This document shows, piece by piece, positions 14,580 to 28,900 of a stretch of DNA of 64,000 bases. This stretch comes from the human T2T-CHM13v2.0 reference genome, Homo sapiens, in NCBI RefSeq assembly GCF_009914755.1, contig NC_060939.1. One strand, written 5' to 3'. Positions within the stretch are counted from its first letter, which is position 1; every line of letters begins with the position of its first letter. The notes under the pieces were generated by a model. That model saw only the letters and a program-made list of their open reading frames with translations, was not told the DNA's origin and did not search any database. A program made the translations under genes and the position numbers.

Positions 14580-15200
14580 CACAGAGCGCCTTTCTAAGCA
14601 CACGTCCGCTCAGACCTTTGCTCGCCTCGTGGGAAAGCCTGAGCTTTTCCGGCTGGGACTAAAGGCCCTCCGTGACGCAGCCGCTTCTGAGCGCCCTTCC
14701 ACGTCCTCGCTCGCCGCCAGGCTGTGCACACCTAGATCCCATTGTGAGCCCCCCGCCAGGCTGTGCGGTGCTCAGGGACAGAGGCTGTACCTCATTTGTC
14801 TGGACTCCCCAGGGCCAGTCACGGTACCTGGCACCGAGGGCGCTCAGCAAACGTCGCCGAGAGAGTTCGGAAGCGTCCGGAGGCGGGGATCGCTTTGCCA
14901 CAGCGACACCTCGTGGTAGATTTCGGAAGTGCAGCAGAGACGGGGCAAGGGGCAGGAGTAGGCGGCAGAGGCGGTCTTTGTGGCTCAGGACCTTCACTGG
15001 GGCCTGAATCCTCTTCTATTCCTTCCTGCCGTCCATTCCCGACCCCACCTTGTCCGCCGGCGCCCAATCTGGGACCCACCCTCCCACCACCGGGACTACT
15101 ATTGGCTGGAGAGACCCACCCACTCGTGATTAGCGGACTTGGGCACTTAGCAGAGGGTGCACGTGCCCGTGTGTGTGTGTGTGTGTGTGTGTGCACGCAC
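14580..15200. promoter_or_regulatory. CpG-rich regulatory element with CTCF, ETS and RBPJ-like motifs
   Basis: Dense CpG; CGTGGGAA at 14628; CTCF-like at 14901-14919 (minus); CGGAAGT at 14924; (GT)n at 15169-15193. Confidence 0.6.
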
Positions 15201-15904
15201 ACCTGTCTCAGGGGGTACCTAGCATATACCCTGAGCAGATTTTTAACACCTGCCCTCTTCTATAAGACAAAATTATTGGCAGTAGTAATCATGAAATGAG
15301 TAACAATAAATGGCAGGCAGCCAAAATTTTCTTTTATTGAATTTCCTATATAAACTCATGCCAATTCAAAAATAAATAAAATAAGAAATAGTCATTATAG
15401 TTAAAAAAGGGAAAAAATGGGCAAATAGTTTTAAATTACATTATTTAAACAAAGGGGGGGAATATACTTACATACTGATTTGTCCCAGTAATGAATAACA
15501 TTACATTAGAATTAAATAAGACTAAAATACGAATAATCTGCAAAGAAGAGACTTCAACTTTAAACGTATTGTTCAAATTCAATAAAATATTCCCTATATA
15601 ATGTAAAATTTGCATTTTCCAAACAAAAACTATTGCAGCTTCACAGCTTGCTCTCTGATTCACAGTTTTAAATTTTAGTCACAAATAAAATTAAGCAATT
15701 CAAGTTCTGTTCTACAACTTCATTATCATGGAGCTAGGGCCTGGAGACACAGCCTGCACCGGAAGTGACTTGGTAGATGCCAACCATCAAAACCTGTCTA
15801 GAGGCCAACTGCGGAGCCAGGAGTTCTTGGAATTAACTTTCACGTAGAACACAAGGTTAACTAAAGGATAAGTAATATAAATGTGCATATTTGAAGCCTA
15901 CATA

Positions 15905-16060
15905 TGTAATCCCAGCTATTCGGGAGGCTGAGGCAGGAGAATTGCTTGAACTTGGGAGGCAGAAGTTGCAGTGAGCCGAGATCACTGCACTCCAGCCTGG
16001 GCGACAAGAGCAAAATTCCATCTCAAAAATAAATAAATAACTAATAAAAATAAAATAAAC
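15905..16060 (+). mobile_element. Alu right arm
   Basis: tgtaatcccagctattcgggaggctgaggcaggagaattgcttgaac, then an A-rich tail. Confidence 0.88.
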
Positions 16061-16064
16061 AGTT

Positions 16065-16375
16065 TAAGACACAAAAAGATAAATGTGTGATTCTACTCAT
16101 GTGAGGTACCTAGAAAAGGCAAATTCGCAGAAACAGAAAGTAGAATAGAGGTTACCAGGAACTGGGAGATGGGGAATGGAGAGTTATTGTTTAATAGGTA
16201 CAGAATTTCTGTTTAGGATGATGAAGAAGTCCTGGATCGTGGTGATGGTCACACAACATCGTGCATGTACTTAATGCCAACGAATTGCACACTTAAAAAT
16301 CATTAAAACATCACAATGAAAAAGCAGTTAAATGATAAATTTTGTGTTATGCATACTTTACCCCAATAAAAAAAT
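16065..16375 (+). mobile_element. L1M (L1MB-like) 3' end
   Basis: cagaaagtagaatagaggttaccagg; gtacttaatgcc; terminal aataaaaaaa. Confidence 0.8.
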
Positions 16376-18189
16376 TGGAATAAAACAGGTAAGAATTAAC
16401 AGAATAATTTGGGGAGGGGAATGGAGCATTGTTTTACGGACACGGTTAAGGAATTGCAGTGCAAGTTGATAATCAAAAGCATGGTGACTTTTAAATTCTC
16501 TGCAGACAAAGTACTTGCCTGCTCCTGGCTGGCTCTGTCCTACCTCCTGGCCCTTGGGACACCACTGGTGTGTTTATCTTTGTGGGTCCATGGTTTGGTT
16601 GTCCTTTTTGTGTGTCTGAGTCTGTGAGGTATTTGTCTTTGGGTTTCCAATATGTGTGTCTTGGTCTCTCTGCTTAGGTCCCATTCTACGTATATTTGTG
16701 TGTTGTGTGAGGAGTAAATGAGATGATCAGGGCCAGGCACACATCACAGTGCCCATGATAAAGATCCAACAGCCATTGTCTGCTGTGTGCTTGTGTGTGT
16801 GTGTGTTCATCTTTGTGTCTCCCTGCATCTATTGGTGAGGGGGTCTAGTGTCTCTGTGCGTATGTTTCTGTACATGTCAGCGGTGTGTGTGACAGGCACA
16901 AGATCCACCCCTGCTCCCTCTCTCTGGCCTAGGGGTGAGTGGATGGGGCTGTCAGGGAGGGGTGTTGGGGTGTTGCTGCCCTCAGTTCTCAGGCTTAGGG
17001 ATCTCCCAGAGCTGGCCTGATGGAAGAGGGTGCCCCACAGCCTGGCTTTCTGGACAGCCACACCAAAATGTCTCCGAGGCTATTTTCTGGGTGAGTCCCA
17101 GGCCTTCCAGAAATCCCAGCTGGCCCTGCACTTGCTCATCCATGGGGCCCAAATGGAACTGTCAGGATTGGATAGCAAATAACCCCAGCAGTATCCAAGG
17201 CCCCTTGAGGATACCTTGATCCACGTCCTTATACAGAACTAGTGGTGTGAGTCATTAGAGCAAATGGCCTGGAAGCCACATGCAACTCAAATCCTGAACT
17301 GGTGTCTGGAGACACAATCCATGTCCCTCCCCTAGCTGGGGAGCCTGGGCTCATCATCAGGTACCTCTGTGGGTCTCAATTCTGCAACCTTCCAAGTGGG
17401 CACAGTCACTCCAGTTGGAATCCCTTCTTCCCTCCCTCCCTCCAAATGCACCCTGCAGCAGTCTTTAATGTGAGTCCCTTTCAAGGCCAACAGGATGAGC
17501 CTTGTGAAGGTCTTTAGCATTCAGAGCCCTTGATGAATAGGTGGGGTGGGGTGGGGGCAGGGAGGGGGTCTGCCAAGGCCGGCTGGCAGTCCTGCAGCTT
17601 CAGAGTCTGGAGGGAGCAGGGCAGACTCACAGAGGGGAACTGAGGCCCTTACACATACTTCCCTTTCCAGCTCCAAGGTTCCCAAGTGGAGGTGGGGTAC
17701 GGGTGGCCAGGAAACTCCAGTTTCCTGAACAAAGGTCAGCCCCTCTTGCCGCTGATGCTCTTTTGGGAGCCTTGGCCTTGGCCAGCAGGAAAGAAAGGCT
17801 CCTTCTCTCTGGGTGGGGGCAGGTGCTGGCACAGGGCTGCCTGGGAAACAGAGTCCAGTGTCTGGCTCCAATGGGCATTCAGACACCCAGGGCCTGGCAG
17901 GCTCTGCCAGCTGCCTGAAAAAGTGGGCATTGTCCTGTCTTCACCCACGCCAAGGGGGCCTTCCCTCCACTGCTCCTGGGAGCCTGGCTGACTCTTGCTT
18001 CCAGGGTGGGCTGGGACCCAGAAGTGCCCACATCCAGGCACCACAACCAGCTCTGTGGGAGGAGTGGCAGGTGTGGGCTTGGGGGATGGGCTGGGACTCA
18101 TTCTTATTCTCATTCAAGTGATTGGAGTTGGGGAAAAGAGTTCTGGATTCTGAACCACTCTCTGAGCTACAGGAAGGTCTGATTTGGGG

Positions 18190-18190
<1 letters not shown>

Positions 18191-18243
<53 letters not shown>
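18191..18243. repeat. (TG)n microsatellite
   Basis: Pure TG run. Confidence 0.98.
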
Positions 18244-18245
<2 letters not shown>

Positions 18246-18574
18246 CAAGCAGCAGGGACACAGGGCCTCTCAGATGCTTTGGGTGTCCCGTTTCCCATCT
18301 GTGTGGTCTGCTTCTGTTCTGACATTCTTTCCTCAGCTTTCCATGCTAGCAAGAAGCCACAGAACTCCTTCATTAGTCTAGAGCTCTGGGAAGGGAGCTC
18401 CTGAATGCACTGATGAGCTTAGGAAACCCACTTCCTGATGGGGAGACTCAGCAGGACAGGGGGCTTGTGTGGGTCGTTTCCCCACTCCAGGAAACGGGCC
18501 TTGCCTTCCGGGAGTGAGCAAAGCTGATGAAGAGGGGGCCTTCTGCTCTTTCATCCATGACACACAGGTGACTG

Positions 18575-18800
18575 AACGCAATGCGGTGCCCTGGACTGGA
18601 TCCTAGAACAAAGCACATTCCCGGAAAAACTGGTGAAATCCTAATAAGTATGGAGTTTAGTCCATGGTGTTATAACAATGTTAATTTCTTAGTTATGGCA
18701 AATGTACCATGGCGATATAAGAGGTTAATGTTAGGGGAATCTCACTGTACCATCTGCAATGTTTCTGCAAATCTAAAGTCATTTCAAAATTAAAAGGCAG
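18575..18800 (+). mobile_element. Old L1 (L1MC-like) 3' fragment
   Basis: ctggactggatcctagaac; caatgttaatttctt; tctgcaaatctaaa. Confidence 0.65.
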
Positions 18801-21019
18801 GTGGATGCTGTAGCACGAGTGTTTACCACCCCCATCTCTTTACCCTCAACATACTCTGCTTACTAAGATTGCTGGAAACCGTAGCCCAACACTGCTTCTG
18901 AATACAGCTAACGTGCAGTTAATGACCATTCCATATTCACACGGGGCCTAAGGAACATAACTACTATTTAGAGACCAGATCGTCATGAATGTCAGGGGCT
19001 TGATCCCAGGCACCTCGTTTAATGCACTCCCCATCCTACAAGCAGTAGCTCTAACTTGTATGAGAGATGGAGAAACCTTGGATCAGTGGGGTTGTGAAGC
19101 TTGCTGAGGTCCCACAGCCAGAACTGCAGAGCCCAGTCTTGTTGAATTCCGAGTTGGGGTGCTTTGGGGGTGCTTGCTGGAGTACTGTGCCTGTATCTGA
19201 CAAACCAGCTGGCTAAGGAAATGGGTCCTGTGATGTGAGGATAGTTCGGAAGAGGAGCTGTTTCAAAGCCTGCAGGAGCTGCATTCTGTCTGCAAACCAG
19301 TGGCTCCTCATGGGGGAAGACTTAAAAGTAGCCCATGGTTCATCAGAGGCCTGAAGGCCATTCTTAAGCCCACCCTCCTCCGTCGCCCGTTCCTGCTGCT
19401 GTCCTGGGAAGTAAGAAAGCAGCATTCCCCCACCCCCAAACTCAACCCTCCTTGGGGCTCTTCTGGTCCTTTCCAGGTCCCTTGGGCAAAGGAACTTTCC
19501 TTCACTCCCAATGCAGCTGCCCAGGCTGTGGGTGGCTGGGGCCCAGCTGGCCCCCCTGGTGGGTGGTGGGGGGTGTGGAGAGGATGCCTGAGTGGGCGGC
19601 CAGTGAGAGCCGGTTTCCTGGGGCCTCCCTGGGGCTGAGCAGCGTGGCCACTTCCGAAGGCCCCTTTGTCCGTCCCTTTATCCAGAAGAGCGGCTGCAAT
19701 TGTGCAGGGCACAAAGCCCCCGCGGGCCCTGACTTTCCACCCCTGCCTGTGGCCTGCCTGGGAGAGGGTTTCCCAGGCTCCTCAAGAAGGCAGGCTTCTG
19801 CCCCCTCCTAGGCAGCCAGGGACCCAGACCTTCTACTTCCGGGCCCAAGATCTATTCATCTAGCCTATCCCAGCTCCCCCGTCCCCCAGGGGGCCCAGCC
19901 ATTCACAGAGGCCATGGACTTACTGCTCCTCCATTGCCCATCCTGGACACACACGGGCAAAGGGTTCCCAGGCTTACCACTGGGGTGGCGAGGGAGGACC
20001 CAGGAAGACGCCGTGTGCTCCATTCACCCGCTGCAAAGTATTTTTGGAGGATTTGCTGATATGCAGGCAGCCTGGGGTGGTGGATTGAGTGTGGGCCACC
20101 CCAAGAGGCAGCTGGAAAGTGGGGTACGGCCTGGGAATGGACCGGAAGGCATGCCTGCAGGGTCCTCGTGCCTGCTGTGAGCACTCAGCACCTGCACCAG
20201 AGGAAGGACAGAGTGAAGGAGGGAAGAGGGAGAAGGAAAGGCATCTTGACCTCCTCCTCTCCTCTCCTTATGCCTTTAAGCATTGGCATGCTAAGCCCTG
20301 GGCCGCCATCACTGCACTTAGTCCTTCTAGCACTAGTACTACCCCTTCTTATAGACAACCAAGGCTGAAAGGAGTCAAGTGACTTTCTCGAGGTCTCACA
20401 GTGGAATTCAAGGTAGTGGATCTTTGACACTTAAGTCTGTGCTTCCCCTTCAGGAAAGGGAGCAGGGAATGCCAGAGGGGTGAACTACATGGCCGAGGCT
20501 GCAGAGGCTACTCCAGGGCTGGCTGCCTTGCCTGGCCTGCCCAGGTACCGGGGCTCTCTGGGAACCCAGCCTCGGCCGATCCCCTGGGGGTGGCCCCTTC
20601 TGCTCAGTCTAAAGGCTCTGGCCTGTCTAGGAAAGGGCCAGAAAAGCCCTTCACCCTGGTTTCATCCCTTACCTCTCTGTCCACCTCTCACCCCCACAGA
20701 GGGACTGAGGATGGCGCTCCTGGGCTTATCCATATGCCCCGGGAGCACTCCTGAAGGAAATCCTGGCCCACCTAGTGGCCAATGGCTTTCACCCAATCTG
20801 TTTTCTTCTGGGTTTGACGAGGCAGTGACTCAAGGTCCAGAGGTCCTTTCCTGGAATCCAGAAGGGCATTCCTAGCCCCAGGGGCCAGGCTCAGGATATC
20901 AGCCCTCCAGAGAGAACCAGCCCTGCTCTAGCCTCCAAAAAGCCCAGGTCCTTCTGGTGTCCTCGGGAGCAAGCTCGTTTCTGGACTTCTCTGCAGTGAC
21001 CGAACACTTGCTGCTGACA

Positions 21020-21330
21020 CTTCCTTCTCATGCCTCTTCCTTGCCTCTCTCTTCTCCTTCTCTTCCACCCCCTTCTCCTGTGCTTCCTCCTTTTCTCTTT
21101 TCTATTTTCCTTCCTCTCCCTTCCTCTCTATTCCTCCTCCCTTTTCTCCTCTTCCTCTTTCTTCTTCTCTTCCTCTCTACCCCTTTTTCCTCTCCCTGTC
21201 CTCTGCTTTCCCCTCCAGTCCTCCTCCCCTTCTTTCTTTCCTTCCTCCTGCTTCACATCCTCTTCTTCCTCGGGCCCTCTGTCCCCTCCTTCTTCCATCC
21301 CTCTTCCTCCTTCTTCTACCTCCAGTCCTC
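21020..21330. repeat. CT-rich low-complexity tract
   Basis: Polypyrimidine/polypurine tract of about 300 bp. Confidence 0.9.
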
Positions 21331-21454
21331 TCCAAGGGCCCAGGACTTGAAGCTCATATAAACAATGTAGTGAGCAGTCTCCTCTTATCAACCCAGAGTG
21401 CCCACAAATCAGAAAGCTTAAATCAAAGGGAGGTCTTGGGCTTCCTCTACTGAA

Positions 21455-22218
<764 letters not shown>

Positions 22219-23281
22219 TGAGATCTGCTGGAGTCATTAGCTCTAGCTCCGTCCTGCTCAGGACTCACTGGTCACTGACTTCCCCAGAGCCTGCTTGAGG
22301 TCCCACAGGGGCCTCTGTGTTATACCAGACTGTCCTCTGTCAGCCCAGACCTGAGGCCACATCATACACCTAGATCCTGCCTGAGATGAGACCACCAGTT
22401 CAACCAGGCAGCCTGTCCTGCTTGCTCAGGCCCCGCACATGAGGGCAGAGGACAATCTTGGGAGAGCAGGGTCAGGGAGGAAAGCCTTGGAGCATCTCCT
22501 CTTCCCATCTGTCTGCCCACCCAGGAGCCCTCCCTCTGAGATTTCATATGAATTCAGCATCCACAGAAGCTCAGGGTAGCGGTGAGAGTGCAGCCACAGC
22601 TGTGGGGATGAGGCCAGAAAAGAGGCAGCAAGAGACACTCCAACCCCTCACTGCCCCTTGGAGCACAAGGAGACCTGTCAGATATGGGAGGGCAATGGGC
22701 TACCCCCTCTGGAAGAGGCGCTAAGCTTGGGCCTCTTGCCAGCTCTAGAGAGGGGCTGACTCCGGCTGAGCCAGGTCGGTGTAGACCAGAATGTCTGCAG
22801 GAGGCTGCTCAGTCCAGCAACTAGGTTCTTGCCGTTCACATGGCTTCCCTGCACTCGTGGGTCACAGGTCCTCTTGGTGTGGGAGCAGTAAGGGATCCAG
22901 GTGGCAGGGAGACCCTGGTGCTGGTCGGCTGAGCACCCCAGACTAAATGTGTGCCAACACTAGGACCTGAGGGGAGAAAAGAAATGGGTCCACTTGACAG
23001 ATGAGGAAACTGAAACCCAGACTGGGGAAGACAGTTTTGTGAGTTCACACAGTAGATGACACACAGTCCTGGCTCTTGGAGGGTAGGATTCTGGGAGGAC
23101 CACCAGGGGATCCCCTCCTCATCCCATACTGGCTCACCAGCCCAAGAGTGCTCAGAGCTTGGAGGACTGCTATCGGGAAGCCGGGCAACTCCTTCCCAGA
23201 ACAGGGCTTGGGTCCAGAGGGAGTGCTCACGGGGGTCCTGCCTGCAGCACCAGAGCTAGCCCATATGGCATCTCCATTTGA

Positions 23282-23779
<498 letters not shown>

Positions 23780-24745
23780 TGAGCTCAGCTGTGCCATGTC
23801 CCCAGTGCCCCCAGAAGTCCCAGCTTTCCAGAGGGGCTTGCACAGGCCTCTTGAAGCTGGCCTCCGTCTGCCTCCGCTTGCCCCAGCAGACCCACGTTAG
23901 CACCTGCCGTGCCTTTGGGCAAGACACCATCCCTCCTTCCTTGCCTGGACTGCTCCTGAGCATGCATCCGGTCTTAGTGGTCCCTTCTTTTAGGACGCCT
24001 TTGCGCCTTTGTGGCCCCATTGGCTGACTTAGCTGCCCCTCTGCGAGGCTTCTCCTTGGGTGGGCCTGCATGTTGCATGCTGACACTCTGGTTGTGGCTT
24101 CCCCAGGGGACACAAGGCTTCCAGAGCAAGGGAGTCTATGTCTCTCACCCAGCTGCATCTCTATGCCTAGACCCAGAATAAAAATCGCTACTATTTAATG
24201 AATATAATGAATGTTTCCTATGTACCAGACAATGTGCAGAACATGTTATATACCATGCCTCAGTGACTCTTCACAATGACCTCTTATATTCTATTACTAA
24301 TAATAAGTACTAACAATAATACATGCTATCATTAAGCCCCTTCTACAGGTAAAGAAACTTGAGTCCCAGAAAAGTTTCCTGTTCAGGAGTATGCTTGAAT
24401 CTTCTGTGACATGTACTGTCTCTGGGAAAATGAGAATTGAATGAACTGGTGAATAAACTGCAAGGATCTTCAGAGATGGGCAGGGAGAAACTGGGCTGCT
24501 TCTCTCACCAGAGGGTGGCATCGGGTCCCTGATCCCAGCAGGGACTGTGTCCCAGCCCAAAGGGCTCCAGAACCTTCCGAGACTAGCTCTGGGTCCAAGC
24601 CTCAGGTATGAGATGTATGAGCCTCATTCTGTGAGTTCTGGGCCCGCCTCTGTAAAATGGGCATTGCAATCCTGCCCTGGCTACCTGCATGCTGGTTTCA
24701 GGGGCTCAGGCCCAATCCTGAATGTCAACATGCTTGAAAATGGTA

Positions 24746-25262
<517 letters not shown>

Positions 25263-25699
25263 AGGCTGGTAGCTGTCCACTGTGCCATGAGCTCAGAGGG
25301 GAGTGAGAGGGTGGCAGGTCACCAGAAGCTAGAAAGCTGCCCCCTGAGGCAATGCAGCTAGAGCTGCACAGGCTCTGTCCACCTGCTGTGTCAGGGAGGA
25401 GGGAGGGGAGGAAGAGGGAGGGCACAGCTGGGGCAGTGGGCACAAAGCCAGCACCAGGTCAGGCAGGCCCAGTGGGCAGATCAGGGTCAGTGGCCTGGGT
25501 GAGGTCTAGGGCACCCAGATGCCCATGCTCTTCCCAAGGCCACTGTGGCTTCCCACTAATCCTGGGCATAGGGAGGGGTGGAGCCAGGAGGGCGGAGCAA
25601 ACCTTACAGCCTGAGGGGAGCACCTGTGGGTGGGGCTTGGGAGAGGAACTGAGAGAGGAACTGAGGCCGCACAGGAAGGAGCCGGTCAGTGAAGCAAGG

Positions 25700-25990
25700 C
25701 TGAGTGTTCACTTATTCAACAACCTTTATTGAGCCCCTTTATTGAGCATGATGATCCAGGCATCATGATATACAGCTCTAAACAAAACACATGACCATCC
25801 CTGCCTCACAGAGCTGACATTCTGGTGGAGGAGGTGGGCAATAAACAAGATAAATAAGTACATCATAGAGATGAGCTGAAGGTGAGGAATAAAGCAGGAA
25901 GGTGAACAGGGTGTGCTGGGGCCGCCATTGCAAATGGGCCAGGGAAGGCCTCATTAAGAGGGTGACATTTGAGCAAAGGCATGAAGCCAA
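25700..25990 (-). mobile_element. L2 3' fragment
   Basis: ttattcaacaac..tattgagc; ccctgcctcacagagctgacattct; ggtgacatttgagcaaag. Confidence 0.7.
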
Positions 25991-28900
25991 CCATGATCCC
26001 GACCCACCTATTCATGCTTTTGAGTCAAGTTCGGATGTCAGCTCTGAGACTGCAGGGGTATTGGTTGTTTTCACTGGTGGATCCCAAGCACTCGGGTAGG
26101 GCCTGGTGCCTGGTTCAATACATATTTGTGGATATGATAGAAATGAAAAAAGGAGTCAAGCATTTGGCATCCAGTCATTGCCGGGGCTGGTGCTGGGGTT
26201 CTCCTGGTGAGGATTCCAGCCCCCACCCTCCTGGGACAATGCCTGAAAGCCACTGACCCTACTGGAAAAGCAGAAAGGGGCGGGGGGCAGTAGGCCAGCT
26301 CCAGGGCGGGGAAGTTTGCTGTGTACAGGCAAGACGATGTCGTCTTGCTTGGGTTCCTGGGTCTCACAGGGTCTGTGGTATGTGGTGCCGTGCGGTCAGA
26401 GACCATGGTGGTGGCTGGGACCCTCTAATGTGCTTCTGGAGCCAGGTTTCAGTGGCTTACACGGGGCAGCTGAGGGTGCTCTGTGTCAGCGGGGGTAGCG
26501 GCAGGGGCTCTAGGTTCTGGTTGCCGCCTGCCACCCCCTGGGAAGGTAGTAGGTGGTGGCTGGGTTGCCTGGGAGTCACCTGCCCCCCTTCATGACTGGG
26601 TCCTGATGCCATCCTAAGTCTCTGTGGGGTGGGGGTGCTGTGGCAGCTTGCCGGGGTGTCTACCTGGGAGATATGAGACTCTAGGTCCTAGGCCTCATGA
26701 GGCCCTTTGCAGGAGAGCACCCTGGAACAGGGAGCGTCAGTTTCTGCATGTGTCAGATACCAACCTGCCTGTTTTAGGGGCTGTTGTGAAGACTGAAGGG
26801 AAGGAAGGACCTGACAGCACCTTTAACAGGCCCCTGAGGGGCTGTGCTGGGCTAAAATCGGGCCTTCCCCCAATTCCTAAGCTCTGTGCCCTGCGAGGGC
26901 TGCATCTGCCCCAAGGGGGCGCCCTTTCCTAATCTTCACAAAAGATTTGCAGGGGCCAGCAGCCGAGATGGGGCACAGGCCCTACCAGAAGAGAGGATGG
27001 CCTGCTACCCAGAAGCCCTTGGGGACTCCCTGGGGTTAAAGCACCTTCCCTGGTGCAGATGTTTGTCAGCTCTCAGAGGCAGGCGGAGCCGGGATCCCAT
27101 CCCCAGTGGCAGATGAGAGGCCTGGATGACCTGCGCAAGAGATCCGTGCGTGGAGGTGCGGCCAGCAAGTCCCGGGCTATGCTCCACGGTCGCTCCGGGG
27201 TCTGCACATCACCTGCCCGGGTGGCAACCGGTTGAAGGCTTCCAAATGTCCGACACCCCTCTCGATCCTCCAATCCCAGCTCCCCACCTGCCCATCACCC
27301 CATCACTAGGAAAGGAGGAAACAGTTAATAAAGTCCTTATTTCCATCACGTTTGCCATTTCCTGATCTAAGTAGAGTGTCAAGAGAGCGACAAGCTAAAA
27401 CTGCTGATTACCGTGGCTTCAAGGCAGTGATCAGTGAAAGGCACTGGTCACTGCCTGTTTTGGGTGCCTAACCCTGTAATTAATCAGCATTGGTGGGGGC
27501 GATAGGGGGACCAGAAGAAGCTAGAGGTAGGTTTGTGCAGCTCACACCCCAGGAGGTGGCAATAGGGCAATTAAAGACACAGACGCTCTCCTCCCCTCAG
27601 CAGTATGGTAGGTGGGTCTGAGGATGGAGGAGGCAGGGACAAAGGTACAGTCACCAAGAAATCAGTTGGGTTATTTTGATTTCCAACCCAGGTTGTCAGT
27701 CTGTGCTTAGGGTCTTCTCTTCCCCCACTCCCCCAAATCCCTAGGGTTATCATTCAATCCAATTTAGAAGCCTGCCCTCTGGGGGCCTAAATGTTAGAAC
27801 AGATGAGGCTCATAGAGACTCACACACACAGAGCCATTTAATCCGCCTGGCAGGAGGGACTGTTTATAGAGGAGATTTCATTTATTTTACTCCCAATATC
27901 GAGGAGGCTTGGCGGGGAATAAACCCTTCCTCTAGGTAGGCTGGTAAACTTTGCAACTTGCTTGCAAGCATGTTTTGAACATATGGTATCATAGGAATAA
28001 GGATAGCCTGAAGCCTGGTTCCAGCTCACACTTTTCATTTTTTCACTCATCCAAGTTATTGATTTCGTCGGCACTTGTAGCATCAGGCACACTGCAATCT
28101 GGATTGGGGTTTCTGGCATTCCTTGCAGGATGAGCCCCAGGAATGGTCTCTGACCGCACGGCACCAGCCTGCCACTGGTGGGGCCCCCTTTTTCGTTGGG
28201 GCTGTTTTCTAGGATCCAGCGTGCCGCCAGCCAGGGCTCAGGAGGAGGCTTGGAGCTCAGATCTGGATCTCCTGGGTGGGCAGCAGTGCCCTCCTCTGAG
28301 GCAGAAGTGTGCCCTGACCTCTAGGTGGCCAGGGTAGGGAAGCTAGCCCTTGATCTTCTGACCTGTTAGCCCCCTGAGGATCAGTCAATTAATCCACTAA
28401 AGCTTGGTTGTTTTTATTTGACTCCTAACACTGTTGCCCCACCAGTCCCCTTTGTATACCCTAGGGGCTGAGAGACCAGACAAGACTAAAATCCACAGAG
28501 GGGTCAGAGGGGAGGGCCTGGCAATTAACCCTGCATCCTGAGCAGGGTGGAGTCAGGGGTCAGTGGGGGTGGGGAGGGGCCGACCACCAGCTGCCACGCC
28601 CAGGAGGAGGCCTCCCGGGACACCCACAGGTGGGATTCCAGGCAGGCCCAAGCTGGGGAGAGACAGGGGCCTCTGAACAGCTTTTTCCCTTGCCCACACA
28701 CCAAGGCAGGGCCCATCCTGCTCCTGCCCAGGCCCCTTCCTGGGGTAGGACCCCTGCCCCCCACTCCATCTGAAGCAGCAGCTGATTCCCTCCCCTGCTG
28801 TCCCTCCCCCCTCCACCCTACTTTCTGAGGAGAATAACCTGTGATAATTTTTTCTTCTTCTTTCTGGCAACTAATGGACTCCTTAAATAGCAAAAATTGC

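Noticed and set aside
17543-17568. G-quadruplex motif GGGGTGGGGTGGGGGCAGGGAGGGGG
   Set aside because: The motif is real but common in GC-rich mammalian DNA, with no supporting context
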